This document shows, in pieces, positions 9,288-18,580 of a DNA stretch of 64,000 nucleotides (position 1 is its first letter; each line of letters begins with the position of its first letter). The notes beneath the pieces were generated by a model, which saw only the letters and a list, made by a program, of their open reading frames with translations, searched no databases and was not told the origin of the DNA. Location: NCBI GenBank assembly GCA_965205975.1, contig OZ242195.1:4896001-4960000 (forward strand). Reading direction: 5' to 3'. The stretch comes from Candidatus Latescibacterota bacterium (GTDB lineage: Bacteria > Latescibacterota > UBA2968). Made by a program: the position numbers and the translations under genes.

Positions 9288-10937
9288 ATGCCTGCGCTCG
9301 CGTCTCACGTCTTACCTCTTACCTTTTTCTTTCTTTTTTTTGCCTGTGCGCGGCAGATGCCTCCGTCGGGAGGACCGCTCGATAAAACGCCGCCGAGGGT
9401 GATTGATACAGTGCCCGCAGATGATTCTGTGCGAGTCGGGTTGGATACGCCGATTCGCATTCGCTTTTCTGAGGCGATGGATCGCAGGTCGGTCGAGCGG
9501 GCATTATTTGTTTCGCCACAGGGGGCTGAGGAATTCGGTTTCAAGTGGCGTGGGGATGTGTTGGAAATTCGGTTGCCCGATGGATTGCAAGCTGACCGAA
9601 CGTATCTGGTTACGGTGGGGCAGGAGAGCGCGGATGAGTGGCGCAACCGCATGCGGGCTTCTTATAGTTTTGGATTTGCGACGGGGGATCGCTTAAATCG
9701 CGGGGAACTCAACGGGCGGGTGTTGAAGTCTAAGGAGGAGAGGGGACAGGTTTTTGTCTGGGCTTACGATCTGTCTGTGGTGACGGTACCCGATCCGGGG
9801 AGAGATCGTCCCACTTATGTGACGCAGCCCGATGAGACGGGTCATTTTGTATTGCCGCGGTTGGGGGCTGGGAATTATCGGATATTTGCTTTTGGCGATC
9901 AGAATAATGATCGCACGTATTCATCTGGGGACTTGTTGGCACTTCCGCCAGGCGATGTGGCGCTTTCCGATGAGGGGCGCGTTCGCCTGGGCGACCTCAA
10001 ATTCGCGGTGCGCGATACGTCAGCACCTGCGCTCGTTGCTGCCCGCACTCCCGATCAACAGCATATTTTGATGCGTTTTGATGAACCCGTGCGGGTTTCG
10101 GGCGTTGAAATAACCGACCTGTCGGTGATGGAGATATATCAAGATCCCGTTGACTCGAGTGGGGTGGGATTGATTACCGAACCGCAGACACGGGGCGCGG
10201 AATACAGGGTGAGGGTTGATGTTGTAGATCGGTGGGGCAATCGCGATACCACAGATGCAACGGTGCGAGGCGATGGTACGCGCGATCGACGCGCGCCAGA
10301 GGTGTTGGCAATCGCACCGGTGGAGAATGCCGAGAATGTTTTGCCAACGGCTGTGATTCGCATGTTGTTTTCCGATGCGATGCGTGTAGATGCCGTGTCC
10401 GACTTCTGGATAGCGTCGGATTCGACGGTTGTTCCGCAGGGACATTTTGAATGGGTTGCGCCCAATCATCTCGTGTTTGCGCCGGATAGTCTGTGGACGA
10501 GCGGGGAGACGATTCGACTTATTGGAAATCGCGGAAGGCTATTGGATATTGTCGGCAATGTCCTCTCTGAACCGATTTCGTTTGTTTTTTCTGTGATGGA
10601 TACCGCGGCACTGGGTCAGATTTCCGGGACGACGTCTTCTTCTGATGTGGTGATATGGGTAGAGGGATTGGCGCATGAGTTTTTCCGGGAACAGGTTTTG
10701 CGGGATACGACGTTTAGTTTGACGGAGTTGCTTCCGGGGACGTATCGCATTTCCGGATTTTTAGATCGCGACCGCAATGGTCATTGGATGTCTGGGCAAG
10801 TCTATCCGTTTTTGCCCGCAGAGCCTCTGGTCGTGCAGGCTGATACTGTAGAAGTGCGGGCGCGGTGGGAGACGGAGGTGGAGAGGTTGGAATCCAAAAT
10901 CTGGTGGATGTTGCCAACCGGTGAGGAGAGTCCGTGA
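9288..10937 (+). CDS. Ig-like (Big_5) domain lipoprotein
   Basis: FFFAC lipobox then PPSGGPLDKTPP; repeated IxFSExM Ig-like units. Confidence 0.8.
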   Translation: MPALASHVLPLTFFFLFFACARQMPPSGGPLDKTPPRVIDTVPADDSVRVGLDTPIRIRFSEAMDRRSVERALFVSPQGAEEFGFKWRGDVLEIRLPDGLQADRTYLVTVGQESADEWRNRMRASYSFGFATGDRLNRGELNGRVLKSKEERGQVFVWAYDLSVVTVPDPGRDRPTYVTQPDETGHFVLPRLGAGNYRIFAFGDQNNDRTYSSGDLLALPPGDVALSDEGRVRLGDLKFAVRDTSAPALVAARTPDQQHILMRFDEPVRVSGVEITDLSVMEIYQDPVDSSGVGLITEPQTRGAEYRVRVDVVDRWGNRDTTDATVRGDGTRDRRAPEVLAIAPVENAENVLPTAVIRMLFSDAMRVDAVSDFWIASDSTVVPQGHFEWVAPNHLVFAPDSLWTSGETIRLIGNRGRLLDIVGNVLSEPISFVFSVMDTAALGQISGTTSSSDVVIWVEGLAHEFFREQVLRDTTFSLTELLPGTYRISGFLDRDRNGHWMSGQVYPFLPAEPLVVQADTVEVRARWETEVERLESKIWWMLPTGEESP

Positions 10938-11326
10938 TGTTCTCTTGGAAATATCGAGATCAGTTGCGTCAGGCGGGTGTTATTATTGGTCTTTTGGTAT
11001 TGATATGCGTGGTGTTGTTTTATCAGTTTACATATCGCACGCCCGAAGACGCGGAGCGAGAACGCGCCCGCATTATGTTGCAACGCATTGCGGCTCTACA
11101 ACACGCATATCGCGCAGAATATGGAACTTATTTGCCTATTGATGAAAAAAATAACGGTCGTATTTTACAGCTCAATAATGTGTCCGGACGTTTTCGCTAT
11201 CGGGTGACGGTTTCAGAGGATGGCTTCAAAGCGTATGCAGAAGCGGATTTTGATCGAGATGGCAAAGCCGAGGTCTGGGTGGTGGATGCAAGGGAATCAG
11301 AACCAGTACTCAAACATGAGGATTAA
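10934..11326 (+). CDS. Type IV pilin-like protein without canonical prepilin motif
   Basis: TM helix, LQRIAALQHAYRAEYGTY helix, C-terminal DFDRDGKAEVWVVD. Confidence 0.55.
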   Translation: MMFSWKYRDQLRQAGVIIGLLVLICVVLFYQFTYRTPEDAERERARIMLQRIAALQHAYRAEYGTYLPIDEKNNGRILQLNNVSGRFRYRVTVSEDGFKAYAEADFDRDGKAEVWVVDARESEPVLKHED

Positions 11327-11329
11327 ATC

Positions 11330-13834
11330 GTGAAAAAAATGTGTATTGTTGGCCTTCTGCTCGCTCTGTGGGTTGGTGCAGAGGGGTATGTGATTCTTAC
11401 AGAACAAAATTCTCGTGGGCAAATTGTGATAAAACGCTGGTCACCTTCTCGGGCTGGGGCAGGTATTCCCTTTGTGGTCAATACCGGGAGTTTTCCCTTT
11501 CCCGAGACCGAGGTGGTACGGATTGCACAGCAGGGATTTAACGACTGGAGTGTGGTGCCGTCGGCATTTATTACATTTGAATATGAAGGTACAGCACAGC
11601 TTGAAGTGTCGGGTAATGATAATCGCAATGTGATTTTTTTCGATGCGACGGGAGAGGTTATTGGAGCACCCGAGGGTACGGGGGTCATTGCATTTGCACG
11701 GATCATCAATAACGACGACGGTCTTATTACGGACGTGGATATTGTTTTTAATGGAAGGGATCACGAGTTTTCGATTGAGCAGAATACTACGCCCGAGGAT
11801 CTGACAGATCTTCAGGCTGTGATGACGCATGAAATTGGCCATTTGTTGGGGCTGGATCACAGCCCCTGGGTGGGTGACCCCGACCTGCGCGCGACCATGT
11901 TTCCCTATACTTCGAATCAGGCACCGCGCGCGGAGCGTTCTCTGGAAACCGATGACCGCGCGGGTATAACGGCGTTGTACCCGGTGGAAGGGCTTACCGG
12001 TGGGATACGTGGACAGGTATTAGATGCCGATGGACCCACATTTGGCGTGCATGTGGTGGTTTATCAGGCAGACACTGTGTTTGTCGCGAGTGCTCTGTCG
12101 GGTTCGGCCGGTGAACAAAAGGGACCTAATGGCGATGGTCGGTATGAAATTCTCGGGTTGCCTCCGGGCGATTACCACGTTGCGATTGAGCCACACCATT
12201 TCGCAATTTCTGCTGATAATTTTGGCGGTATTTTTCAGACATTATATGAGGAAAGATTCGAAAAAGAGTACTATAATAATGCGTTTTTGCAGGACAATGC
12301 CCAGATTGTGCGCATTGAAATTGATCGCGTGATAGAAAATGTCGATTTTGCGATTGGGCCTTCTGTGGCGGGCGCGCCCTTTATTCGAGAGACTATTTTT
12401 CCGGCTAATACACCGGATCCCAATGGTCCCTATCGCTTTTCGGCAAGAGTCACCGATAATACAGGGGTGGCAACGGTTGAATTGCACTATCGGATCAATG
12501 GCGGAGGCGTGCAGGTGTTGCCAATGACCCACACGGGCGACGATATTTTTGCCGCTGAACTCGACGGACAAAATGTGGGATCGAGGGTTGAATATCGGAT
12601 GGTTGCGCGCGACGGCGATGACAATGAAACGCCTTCACCGCCACTTGAATTGCCCATGTTGCAATTCGATGTGATATCCCTTTCTGGATCTCCCGTACTT
12701 TTTGTCGCATTGCGAGATGCAGATGTAGTGGCCGTTATCGATATGGGATCGGATGAAGAGGTGGCGCGCATTCCCACTGGCGTGGTGCCCTTGAGTGTTT
12801 TGATGACGCCGGATCAGCGCTATTTGTTTGTCGCCAATACGGGGGGATCTGCCGGTACATCTGAGAATCGGGTCACGGTTATCGAGACTGCCACGCATCA
12901 AGTGGCGGCGAATATTGAGGTTGACACTGCGCCTTTGGATCTCGCTATGAGCGCAGATGGGCAGCTGGTCTATGTCACCAATTCAGATTCTAAGAGTATT
13001 TCGGTTATCGAGGTGGCGAGTTTGACTGTGCGCAATCGCATTCGGGTGCCGGTTGTTAATGACGGCGGTCCTTATGGCGTGGCGATTCATCCGAATGGGA
13101 AGCGGCTTTATGTCACAGATATCCAGGCCAATCAGGTGCTGATTGTCGATACCGCACTCAGGGCGACGGTTGGTCGCATTGAAGTGATTGAGGACCCCCG
13201 CTCATTGGTTATATCTGCGGATGGGAAGCGGTTGTATGTGTCGGGGGGAGACTTTGGTGACACTGGCGGCGGCGGTATTGCGGTAGTGGATACCGAGTCG
13301 GAGTCTGTGGTGACAACGATTTTTGTAGATGGTGGGGTATTTCGCCTCGCGTTATCGCCGGATGGTTCGCGGTTATACGGAACCGATCGCGCGAATGCCC
13401 AATTGGTCGTCGTCGATGTGGCGCAAAATCGCGTTGTGAATCGCGTCCAGGTTTTGCCCGAAGGTGAGGAGACACGCGATTTGTTTGTGTCGCGCGATGG
13501 GTCACAGATATATGTGGCGAACCAGAATTCGAATGAGCTGGTTATTTTTGACGCAGAGTCGTTTCAGATTTTGAAAACGCTGAGTTTTGAAGATATGCCG
13601 CGTGGTATCGCCGTGCGCTCTCAGCCAGCTGTGTTTCTGCCTTTGAAGGAGATAGCCGCTCAAGCGGATTTCGATGGCAATGGCAAGATCGACTTTGGCG
13701 ACTTTCTCCTGTTTGTCGCCGCTTTTGGTGCTGAGAATCCCGATGCGCGTTTTGACTTAAATGAGGATAGGCAAGTCAATTTTGGCGATTTTTTGTTGTT
13801 CACCAGTGTTTTCGGAAGAACGGTAAGCGCGTAA
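11330..13834 (+). CDS. Secreted matrixin (M10-like) metalloprotease with YVTN beta-propeller and dockerin-like tail
   Basis: Signal peptide, HEIGHLLGLDH, Met-turn ATMFP, YVTN/FVAN repeats, paired DxDxxGxxDFxDF motifs. Confidence 0.85.
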   Translation: MKKMCIVGLLLALWVGAEGYVILTEQNSRGQIVIKRWSPSRAGAGIPFVVNTGSFPFPETEVVRIAQQGFNDWSVVPSAFITFEYEGTAQLEVSGNDNRNVIFFDATGEVIGAPEGTGVIAFARIINNDDGLITDVDIVFNGRDHEFSIEQNTTPEDLTDLQAVMTHEIGHLLGLDHSPWVGDPDLRATMFPYTSNQAPRAERSLETDDRAGITALYPVEGLTGGIRGQVLDADGPTFGVHVVVYQADTVFVASALSGSAGEQKGPNGDGRYEILGLPPGDYHVAIEPHHFAISADNFGGIFQTLYEERFEKEYYNNAFLQDNAQIVRIEIDRVIENVDFAIGPSVAGAPFIRETIFPANTPDPNGPYRFSARVTDNTGVATVELHYRINGGGVQVLPMTHTGDDIFAAELDGQNVGSRVEYRMVARDGDDNETPSPPLELPMLQFDVISLSGSPVLFVALRDADVVAVIDMGSDEEVARIPTGVVPLSVLMTPDQRYLFVANTGGSAGTSENRVTVIETATHQVAANIEVDTAPLDLAMSADGQLVYVTNSDSKSISVIEVASLTVRNRIRVPVVNDGGPYGVAIHPNGKRLYVTDIQANQVLIVDTALRATVGRIEVIEDPRSLVISADGKRLYVSGGDFGDTGGGGIAVVDTESESVVTTIFVDGGVFRLALSPDGSRLYGTDRANAQLVVVDVAQNRVVNRVQVLPEGEETRDLFVSRDGSQIYVANQNSNELVIFDAESFQILKTLSFEDMPRGIAVRSQPAVFLPLKEIAAQADFDGNGKIDFGDFLLFVAAFGAENPDARFDLNEDRQVNFGDFLLFTSVFGRTVSA

Positions 13835-13856
13835 TATGCGATAATCCCCGAAAAAT

Positions 13857-13893
13857 AAAAAAAGCTCTGGATGCCCGGAGCTTTTTTCTTTTT
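13857..13893 (+). terminator. Intrinsic terminator
   Basis: AAAGCTCTGG-atgc-CCGGAGCTTT then T run. Confidence 0.75.
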
Positions 13894-13956
13894 GCGCTTA
13901 GATTGTGGTGTATATTGCAATGGTGTGTGATTTTTTAGTTTTTTTACAAGGAGGAT

Positions 13957-14823
13957 ATGATGACGTTTGGACAGGGTGATTATGTCTATACGGTGGAGGA
14001 AAATTGGTGGTCGTTGCCCGAGGGTTGGTCGTTTGGGTGGATACCGGCGGTGGCTGTTGATTCGCAGGACCGCGTTTATGTGTACAGTCGCAGCGAGCAC
14101 CCGATGGTGGTTTTTGATCGCGAAGGCAATTTTTTGTCTTCGTGGGGCGAAGATGTGTTAAAGGATGCGCATGGCATTTATATCGATGCGGAGGATCACG
14201 TCTATTGTGTGGAGCGCAACACGCATTGTTTGCGGAAGTTTAGCTGTGATGGCGAGTTGTTGATGACGGTGGGGACGCCCGACCGGGAAGGCGATGAGGG
14301 TGAGCCGTTTCGGTTGCCGACCGATGTCGCGTTTGATTCTCAGGGGTTTATGTACGTGTCCGATGGGTATGACAATGCGAGAATGCACAAGTTCACACCC
14401 GATGGCGAGTTGATCAAGTCCTGGGGGGAGCCGGGTACGGGACCGGGGCAATTTGATCTGGTGCATTCTGTACGGGTCGATAAGGATGACCGTTTGTGGG
14501 TGGCAGATCGAAGTAATAATCGCATTCAGTTTTTTGATACCGAGGGCAATTTCCAGGGCGAGTGGACGGGCTTACACCAACCCGATACGGTTTATATTGA
14601 TGACGAGGATGGTGTGGTTTATATCGCGGAGTTGGAGCAACGGGTGAGTATCTGGACGGTTGATGGCGAGAAAGTGTCTGAGTGGGGGCGCGGTGTTGAA
14701 AGCGATATCCCCGGGGAGTTCAAGAAGTGTCCGCACGGTATCTGGCTGGATTCTCACGGCGATTTGTACGTGGGGGAAGTGCAGACAGATGCCCGATTGC
14801 AAAAGTTTATCCGGCAGAGATAA
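13957..14823 (+). CDS. NHL-repeat beta-propeller (PAL-like)
   Basis: AVDSQDRVYV, HGI, YVSDGYDNAR, WGEPGTGPGQF, VADRSNNRIQFF. Confidence 0.85.
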   Translation: MMTFGQGDYVYTVEENWWSLPEGWSFGWIPAVAVDSQDRVYVYSRSEHPMVVFDREGNFLSSWGEDVLKDAHGIYIDAEDHVYCVERNTHCLRKFSCDGELLMTVGTPDREGDEGEPFRLPTDVAFDSQGFMYVSDGYDNARMHKFTPDGELIKSWGEPGTGPGQFDLVHSVRVDKDDRLWVADRSNNRIQFFDTEGNFQGEWTGLHQPDTVYIDDEDGVVYIAELEQRVSIWTVDGEKVSEWGRGVESDIPGEFKKCPHGIWLDSHGDLYVGEVQTDARLQKFIRQR

Positions 14824-14830
14824 GACTGTG

Positions 14831-15685
14831 ATGATTGAGGGTATTGTCACTTATGGTCGGATGATTAAATTCGGCCACAGTATTTTTGCCTTGCCATTCG
14901 CGCTTTCGGGCGCGGCATTGGCGGCGGCTGGATACGGGATTTCGTCCGAGCAGGTGTTCTGGATTGTGGCGGCGATGGTGGGCGCGAGAAGTGCGGCCAT
15001 GGGTTTTAATCGGCTTGTAGATAGGAAAATGGATGCGGCCAATCCGCGCACATCTAATCGCGAGTTGCCGCGGGGGGTTATTTCTGCTGGTGCTGTGAAA
15101 GTGTTTGTTTGTGTGTTTTCTGCGCTACTCGTTTTTGCGGCGTATAAGTTAAACCCACTGTGTTTGATGCTGTCCCCCGTGGCATTGGGCATTGTGTTTT
15201 TTTATTCTTATACAAAACGATTTACGTGGGCTACGCAGCTTTTTCTCGGTTTGGCATTGTCTCTCGCGCCAGTGGGGGCGTGGATCGCGGTGACGGGACA
15301 ATTGGATGCGGAAATTTTACTGCTCGGTGGTGCGGTGTTGATGTGGGTCGCGGGGTTTGATGTGATTTACGCCTGTCAGGATGCCGAGTTTGATCGGCGG
15401 TTTGGGGTGTATTCGATCCCGCAGAAGTTTGGGGTTGGACCCGCATTGTGGATTGCGCGAATATTTCATGTGATTGCTTTTGGTTTGATGGTCGGCGTGG
15501 GGCGGGTATTTGAATTGGGGATGGTTTATGTAGCTGGCGTGGTGTGCGTGGGATGTTTGCTGATTTACGAGCATTATTTGGTGAGACACCGGGATTTGTC
15601 AAGGGCGGGCATGGCGTCTTTGACAATGAATGGTGTGGTCAGTGTGGTGTATTTTGTGGGGATGCTGGTCGATTTGTTGTTGTAA
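14831..15685 (+). CDS. ubiA: UbiA-family polyprenyltransferase (MqnP-like)
   Basis: IKFGHSIFALPFA, NRLVDRKMDAANPRT, YSYTKRF, GFDVIYACQD. Confidence 0.88.
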   Translation: MIEGIVTYGRMIKFGHSIFALPFALSGAALAAAGYGISSEQVFWIVAAMVGARSAAMGFNRLVDRKMDAANPRTSNRELPRGVISAGAVKVFVCVFSALLVFAAYKLNPLCLMLSPVALGIVFFYSYTKRFTWATQLFLGLALSLAPVGAWIAVTGQLDAEILLLGGAVLMWVAGFDVIYACQDAEFDRRFGVYSIPQKFGVGPALWIARIFHVIAFGLMVGVGRVFELGMVYVAGVVCVGCLLIYEHYLVRHRDLSRAGMASLTMNGVVSVVYFVGMLVDLLL

Positions 15686-15712
15686 TCCGCTGTATCTGGG
15701 ATTCTGTTTGCT

Positions 15713-16306
15713 ATGAAACAAATTACGGTTGCAATTACAGGGGCAAGTGGGGCTATTTATGCGTTGCGCACATTGCGTGCGTTGCTGATGCACAGGGTTG
15801 CTGTGGATGTGGTGATATCCGAATTTGGCTGGATGTTGCTGCGAGATGAGGCGGGCTTTGAGGGAAAACAGCGAGATTTTGGTGGTTTTATCCGAGAACT
15901 TTACGGTGTTTCGGTGGATAATATGGCACTGCATCCACTTAAGGATCTCGCTGCAACGCTGGCGAGTGGTTCGGCGCAGTCAGATGGCATGGTGGTGGTG
16001 CCGTGTTCGATGAAAACTCTGGCGAGTATAGCCCATGGGTTATCGCGTAATTTGATTGAGCGCGCCGCTGATGTCGCGTTGAAAGAACGCCGGACGCTCA
16101 TTATCGTGCCGCGGGAGACGCCGATGAATTTGATTCAACTGCGCAATATGGTGGCGGTGGCCGAAGCGGGTGCTGCCGTGGTGCCGGCGATGCCGGCATT
16201 TTATCAAAAGCCGGAGACGTTTGATGATTTGGCGGATTTCGTCGTTGGTCGAATTTTGAGTTTGTTGCGTATTGAGCACGATTTGTATCCGGCGTGGGAA
16301 GGGTGA
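15713..16306 (+). CDS. ubiX: Flavin prenyltransferase
   Basis: ITGASGA, ASGS, PCSMKTL, RAADVALKERR, PRETP, PAFY. Confidence 0.95.
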   Translation: MKQITVAITGASGAIYALRTLRALLMHRVAVDVVISEFGWMLLRDEAGFEGKQRDFGGFIRELYGVSVDNMALHPLKDLAATLASGSAQSDGMVVVPCSMKTLASIAHGLSRNLIERAADVALKERRTLIIVPRETPMNLIQLRNMVAVAEAGAAVVPAMPAFYQKPETFDDLADFVVGRILSLLRIEHDLYPAWEG

Positions 16307-16347
16307 TCCGCAGATGAACGCAGAAGAACGCTGATAAAAAAAGGGGC
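16304..16347 (+). repeat. CGCAGATGAA-type ~10-nt tandem repeat
   Basis: TGATCCGCAGATGAACGCAGAAGAACGCTGATAAAAAAAGGGG; related copies at 35543 (inverted) and 60335. Confidence 0.75.
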
Positions 16348-16354
16348 TTGGAGA

Positions 16355-18496
16355 CTAAAAACCTACCGCTGATTGCTGGTAGGTTTTTTCCGTGAAGTGT
16401 GCCCAGCCTTTCCAGCGGTCAATACCTGTCAGGCTCAGGTCAATTTCGTCGCCGACCTCTACGGGATAACTTGGATAGATGACGGTTTTGAAGGGGTGAT
16501 CGAGGAGCTCGACGAGGACACCGCGCATTTTGAGGTAGAGAACAACGGCGCGAAATTCCCGACCGAGTTGGTTTTCCCACGATTGTAACATTAAGTTGCG
16601 AGTATGGCGGTGAACCAGACCGTCAATGAGGTCCAGCGTTTCCCACATGCGGTAGCGCAGGGTGTTGAGGTCGTCAACTGAGTAAAGGGATTGCTCGGTT
16701 TTAAGGTAGTGATCGATCTGGCGTTGCATTACGAGATCGGTGTATCGGGTGGTGGGTTGAGTGATGGGACAATAATGCGAAATGCCATAGCCGTGATGTG
16801 TTTCTGGCGTTGTATTGAGGCCGGTGTTTGGGGTCTGGCGGTGAAGTTCGTGGCGGCGAACGACGGGGTGGGGGATTTGTATGATGGATTCGATATTTTC
16901 AATGGGGTCGCGTATTTCGTAAATTGCGGGGATGTTTTTATTATCGCACCATCGCCCAATAGCTATGCCAGCGAGCAGGGATAGTTCGCGGGCAATGTGA
17001 TGTGCGTGGTTGGGGGATGATTGCTCCTCAAGGTCGTGCATGTCCGTTTGCCGCGTTTTGTGGAGGCGCGTGGATAATTGCGAGAAGAATTTTATGGCGC
17101 GATGCTGCGGATGTGCGGGATCGTTTGCATGGTCGATGTCTTCAGGTAAAAGGTCAGCTTTGTTGATTGCGGCCGTTTGCGCGATACAAAAATCTTTGAG
17201 GCGGCCATCCCGATTCACGCGCCAGAAGATGCTGAGTGCTGGATGCGCTTTGCCGCTCTGGAATTGGCCCAGATCGTGTGCAAAGCGCGTGGGTAGCATG
17301 GGAATGGGATGATCGGGAAAGGGTATGAGCGCCATGCGCTCGGCAGCGTCGCGGTCGATGTGCGAATCTTTGGGAATGAGTGCGCCGATATCTGGGATGT
17401 GTACGCCAAATTCTGCGCCCCTAAAGAGCCGGCGGCGGAATGAGAGGGCGATTTCTGGGTGACCGGGCGGGTGTATTACAAAGACGGGTTGTTTTTTGCG
17501 GTTGCCATAAGTAGGCGTGAGTGTTTCTGCCTGGCGGATGACGAGGTCTGAAAATGCAGTTGGAACTTCGGCGCGGAGCAAGTCGAGGTTTTGATCGCGT
17601 TTCCAGACCTTTTTTTGTATGAGCAATTCGACTGCAGATTTTTGGCGGTTTTTTTTAGTTTGGCAAATTTCGTTGATCAATGCCTGAGCCTGAGTTGCGT
17701 GTTGGGATTCTCTGCCCCATAATGCGTATTGCCGAATCTGTTCCAGATAGGTTTGCTGGCGTGGGGTTAGCGTGTGTTCTGCAATGGATTCGGCATTATT
17801 CGCCATGGCGTGGATAAATTCTTCGCGTTCTTCATCCCGATCTTTTCTAAGTTTGTCGCGTTGGTAGAGAACATTGACTTGACCAGCCGTATAGGGCGAA
17901 TACGAGTTGGAAGATTGAGGCTGAAAATAAGGAGAGGCATGGTGCAGGTGAAGGTAGAGGGCAATCCACTGTGTGGCATCGATTTCCGTGTTGTAGTAAA
18001 GGTCGGCGATTTCTGAAAGCGGAAGCGGGGTTGCAGATTCAACGGCGATTTCCCAAACGTCTTTGAGGTCTATTTTTCGGCTCGAGGTACGGACGGTCGT
18101 TGCGTAAGTTTTGAGGGGTACATCGCACGATGAGATACCGGTAAGATAAACGAGGTTGGTGTGGCGAAAGTGGAGGCGCCGGCCATCTTCTGATAAAACT
18201 GCGATTTCGGAAATTTTGCGGGGTAAAACAGCCTGGCAAGTTCCCAGGAGCAGGCGTTTTCGAAAGCGAAACAGGATAATTTCATCTTGGACAGGTGTGC
18301 CGGATAGTCTGCCTTTTGTATGGGACGCATCCTGGGAACTCGGTATTCCATCTTCATCCAGACGGCCCGTGTAGCGCTCGTTGGGTTGGTTTTTGTGTTC
18401 ATTTCGGATGATCAGACCGTAGATGCGTTTGACCAGGCTGGCGTAGAAGTAGAGATAGCGATTGGAAATTGTGATTTCGCGTTTGGGTTTTTGCAT
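16355..18496 (-). CDS. RNB (RNase II/R family) protein, catalytic motif degenerate
   Basis: GVHIPD, IPMLP, HHGYGISHYCPITQPTTRYTDLVMQRQI, C-terminal S1-like strands. Confidence 0.8.
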   Translation of the reverse strand: MQKPKREITISNRYLYFYASLVKRIYGLIIRNEHKNQPNERYTGRLDEDGIPSSQDASHTKGRLSGTPVQDEIILFRFRKRLLLGTCQAVLPRKISEIAVLSEDGRRLHFRHTNLVYLTGISSCDVPLKTYATTVRTSSRKIDLKDVWEIAVESATPLPLSEIADLYYNTEIDATQWIALYLHLHHASPYFQPQSSNSYSPYTAGQVNVLYQRDKLRKDRDEEREEFIHAMANNAESIAEHTLTPRQQTYLEQIRQYALWGRESQHATQAQALINEICQTKKNRQKSAVELLIQKKVWKRDQNLDLLRAEVPTAFSDLVIRQAETLTPTYGNRKKQPVFVIHPPGHPEIALSFRRRLFRGAEFGVHIPDIGALIPKDSHIDRDAAERMALIPFPDHPIPMLPTRFAHDLGQFQSGKAHPALSIFWRVNRDGRLKDFCIAQTAAINKADLLPEDIDHANDPAHPQHRAIKFFSQLSTRLHKTRQTDMHDLEEQSSPNHAHHIARELSLLAGIAIGRWCDNKNIPAIYEIRDPIENIESIIQIPHPVVRRHELHRQTPNTGLNTTPETHHGYGISHYCPITQPTTRYTDLVMQRQIDHYLKTEQSLYSVDDLNTLRYRMWETLDLIDGLVHRHTRNLMLQSWENQLGREFRAVVLYLKMRGVLVELLDHPFKTVIYPSYPVEVGDEIDLSLTGIDRWKGWAHFTEKTYQQSAVGF

Positions 18497-18526
18497 GGGG
18501 TTGCCTCGTCTCTGTTACCCATTAGT

Positions 18527-18556
18527 AAAAAGCCCCGGTGTGTGACCGGGGCTTTT
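18527..18556 (-). terminator. Intrinsic terminator after DUF1501
   Basis: AAAAAGCCCCGGT...ACCGGGGCTTTT. Confidence 0.75.
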
Positions 18557-18580
18557 ATAGTTTCAGACGATGCCGGATGC

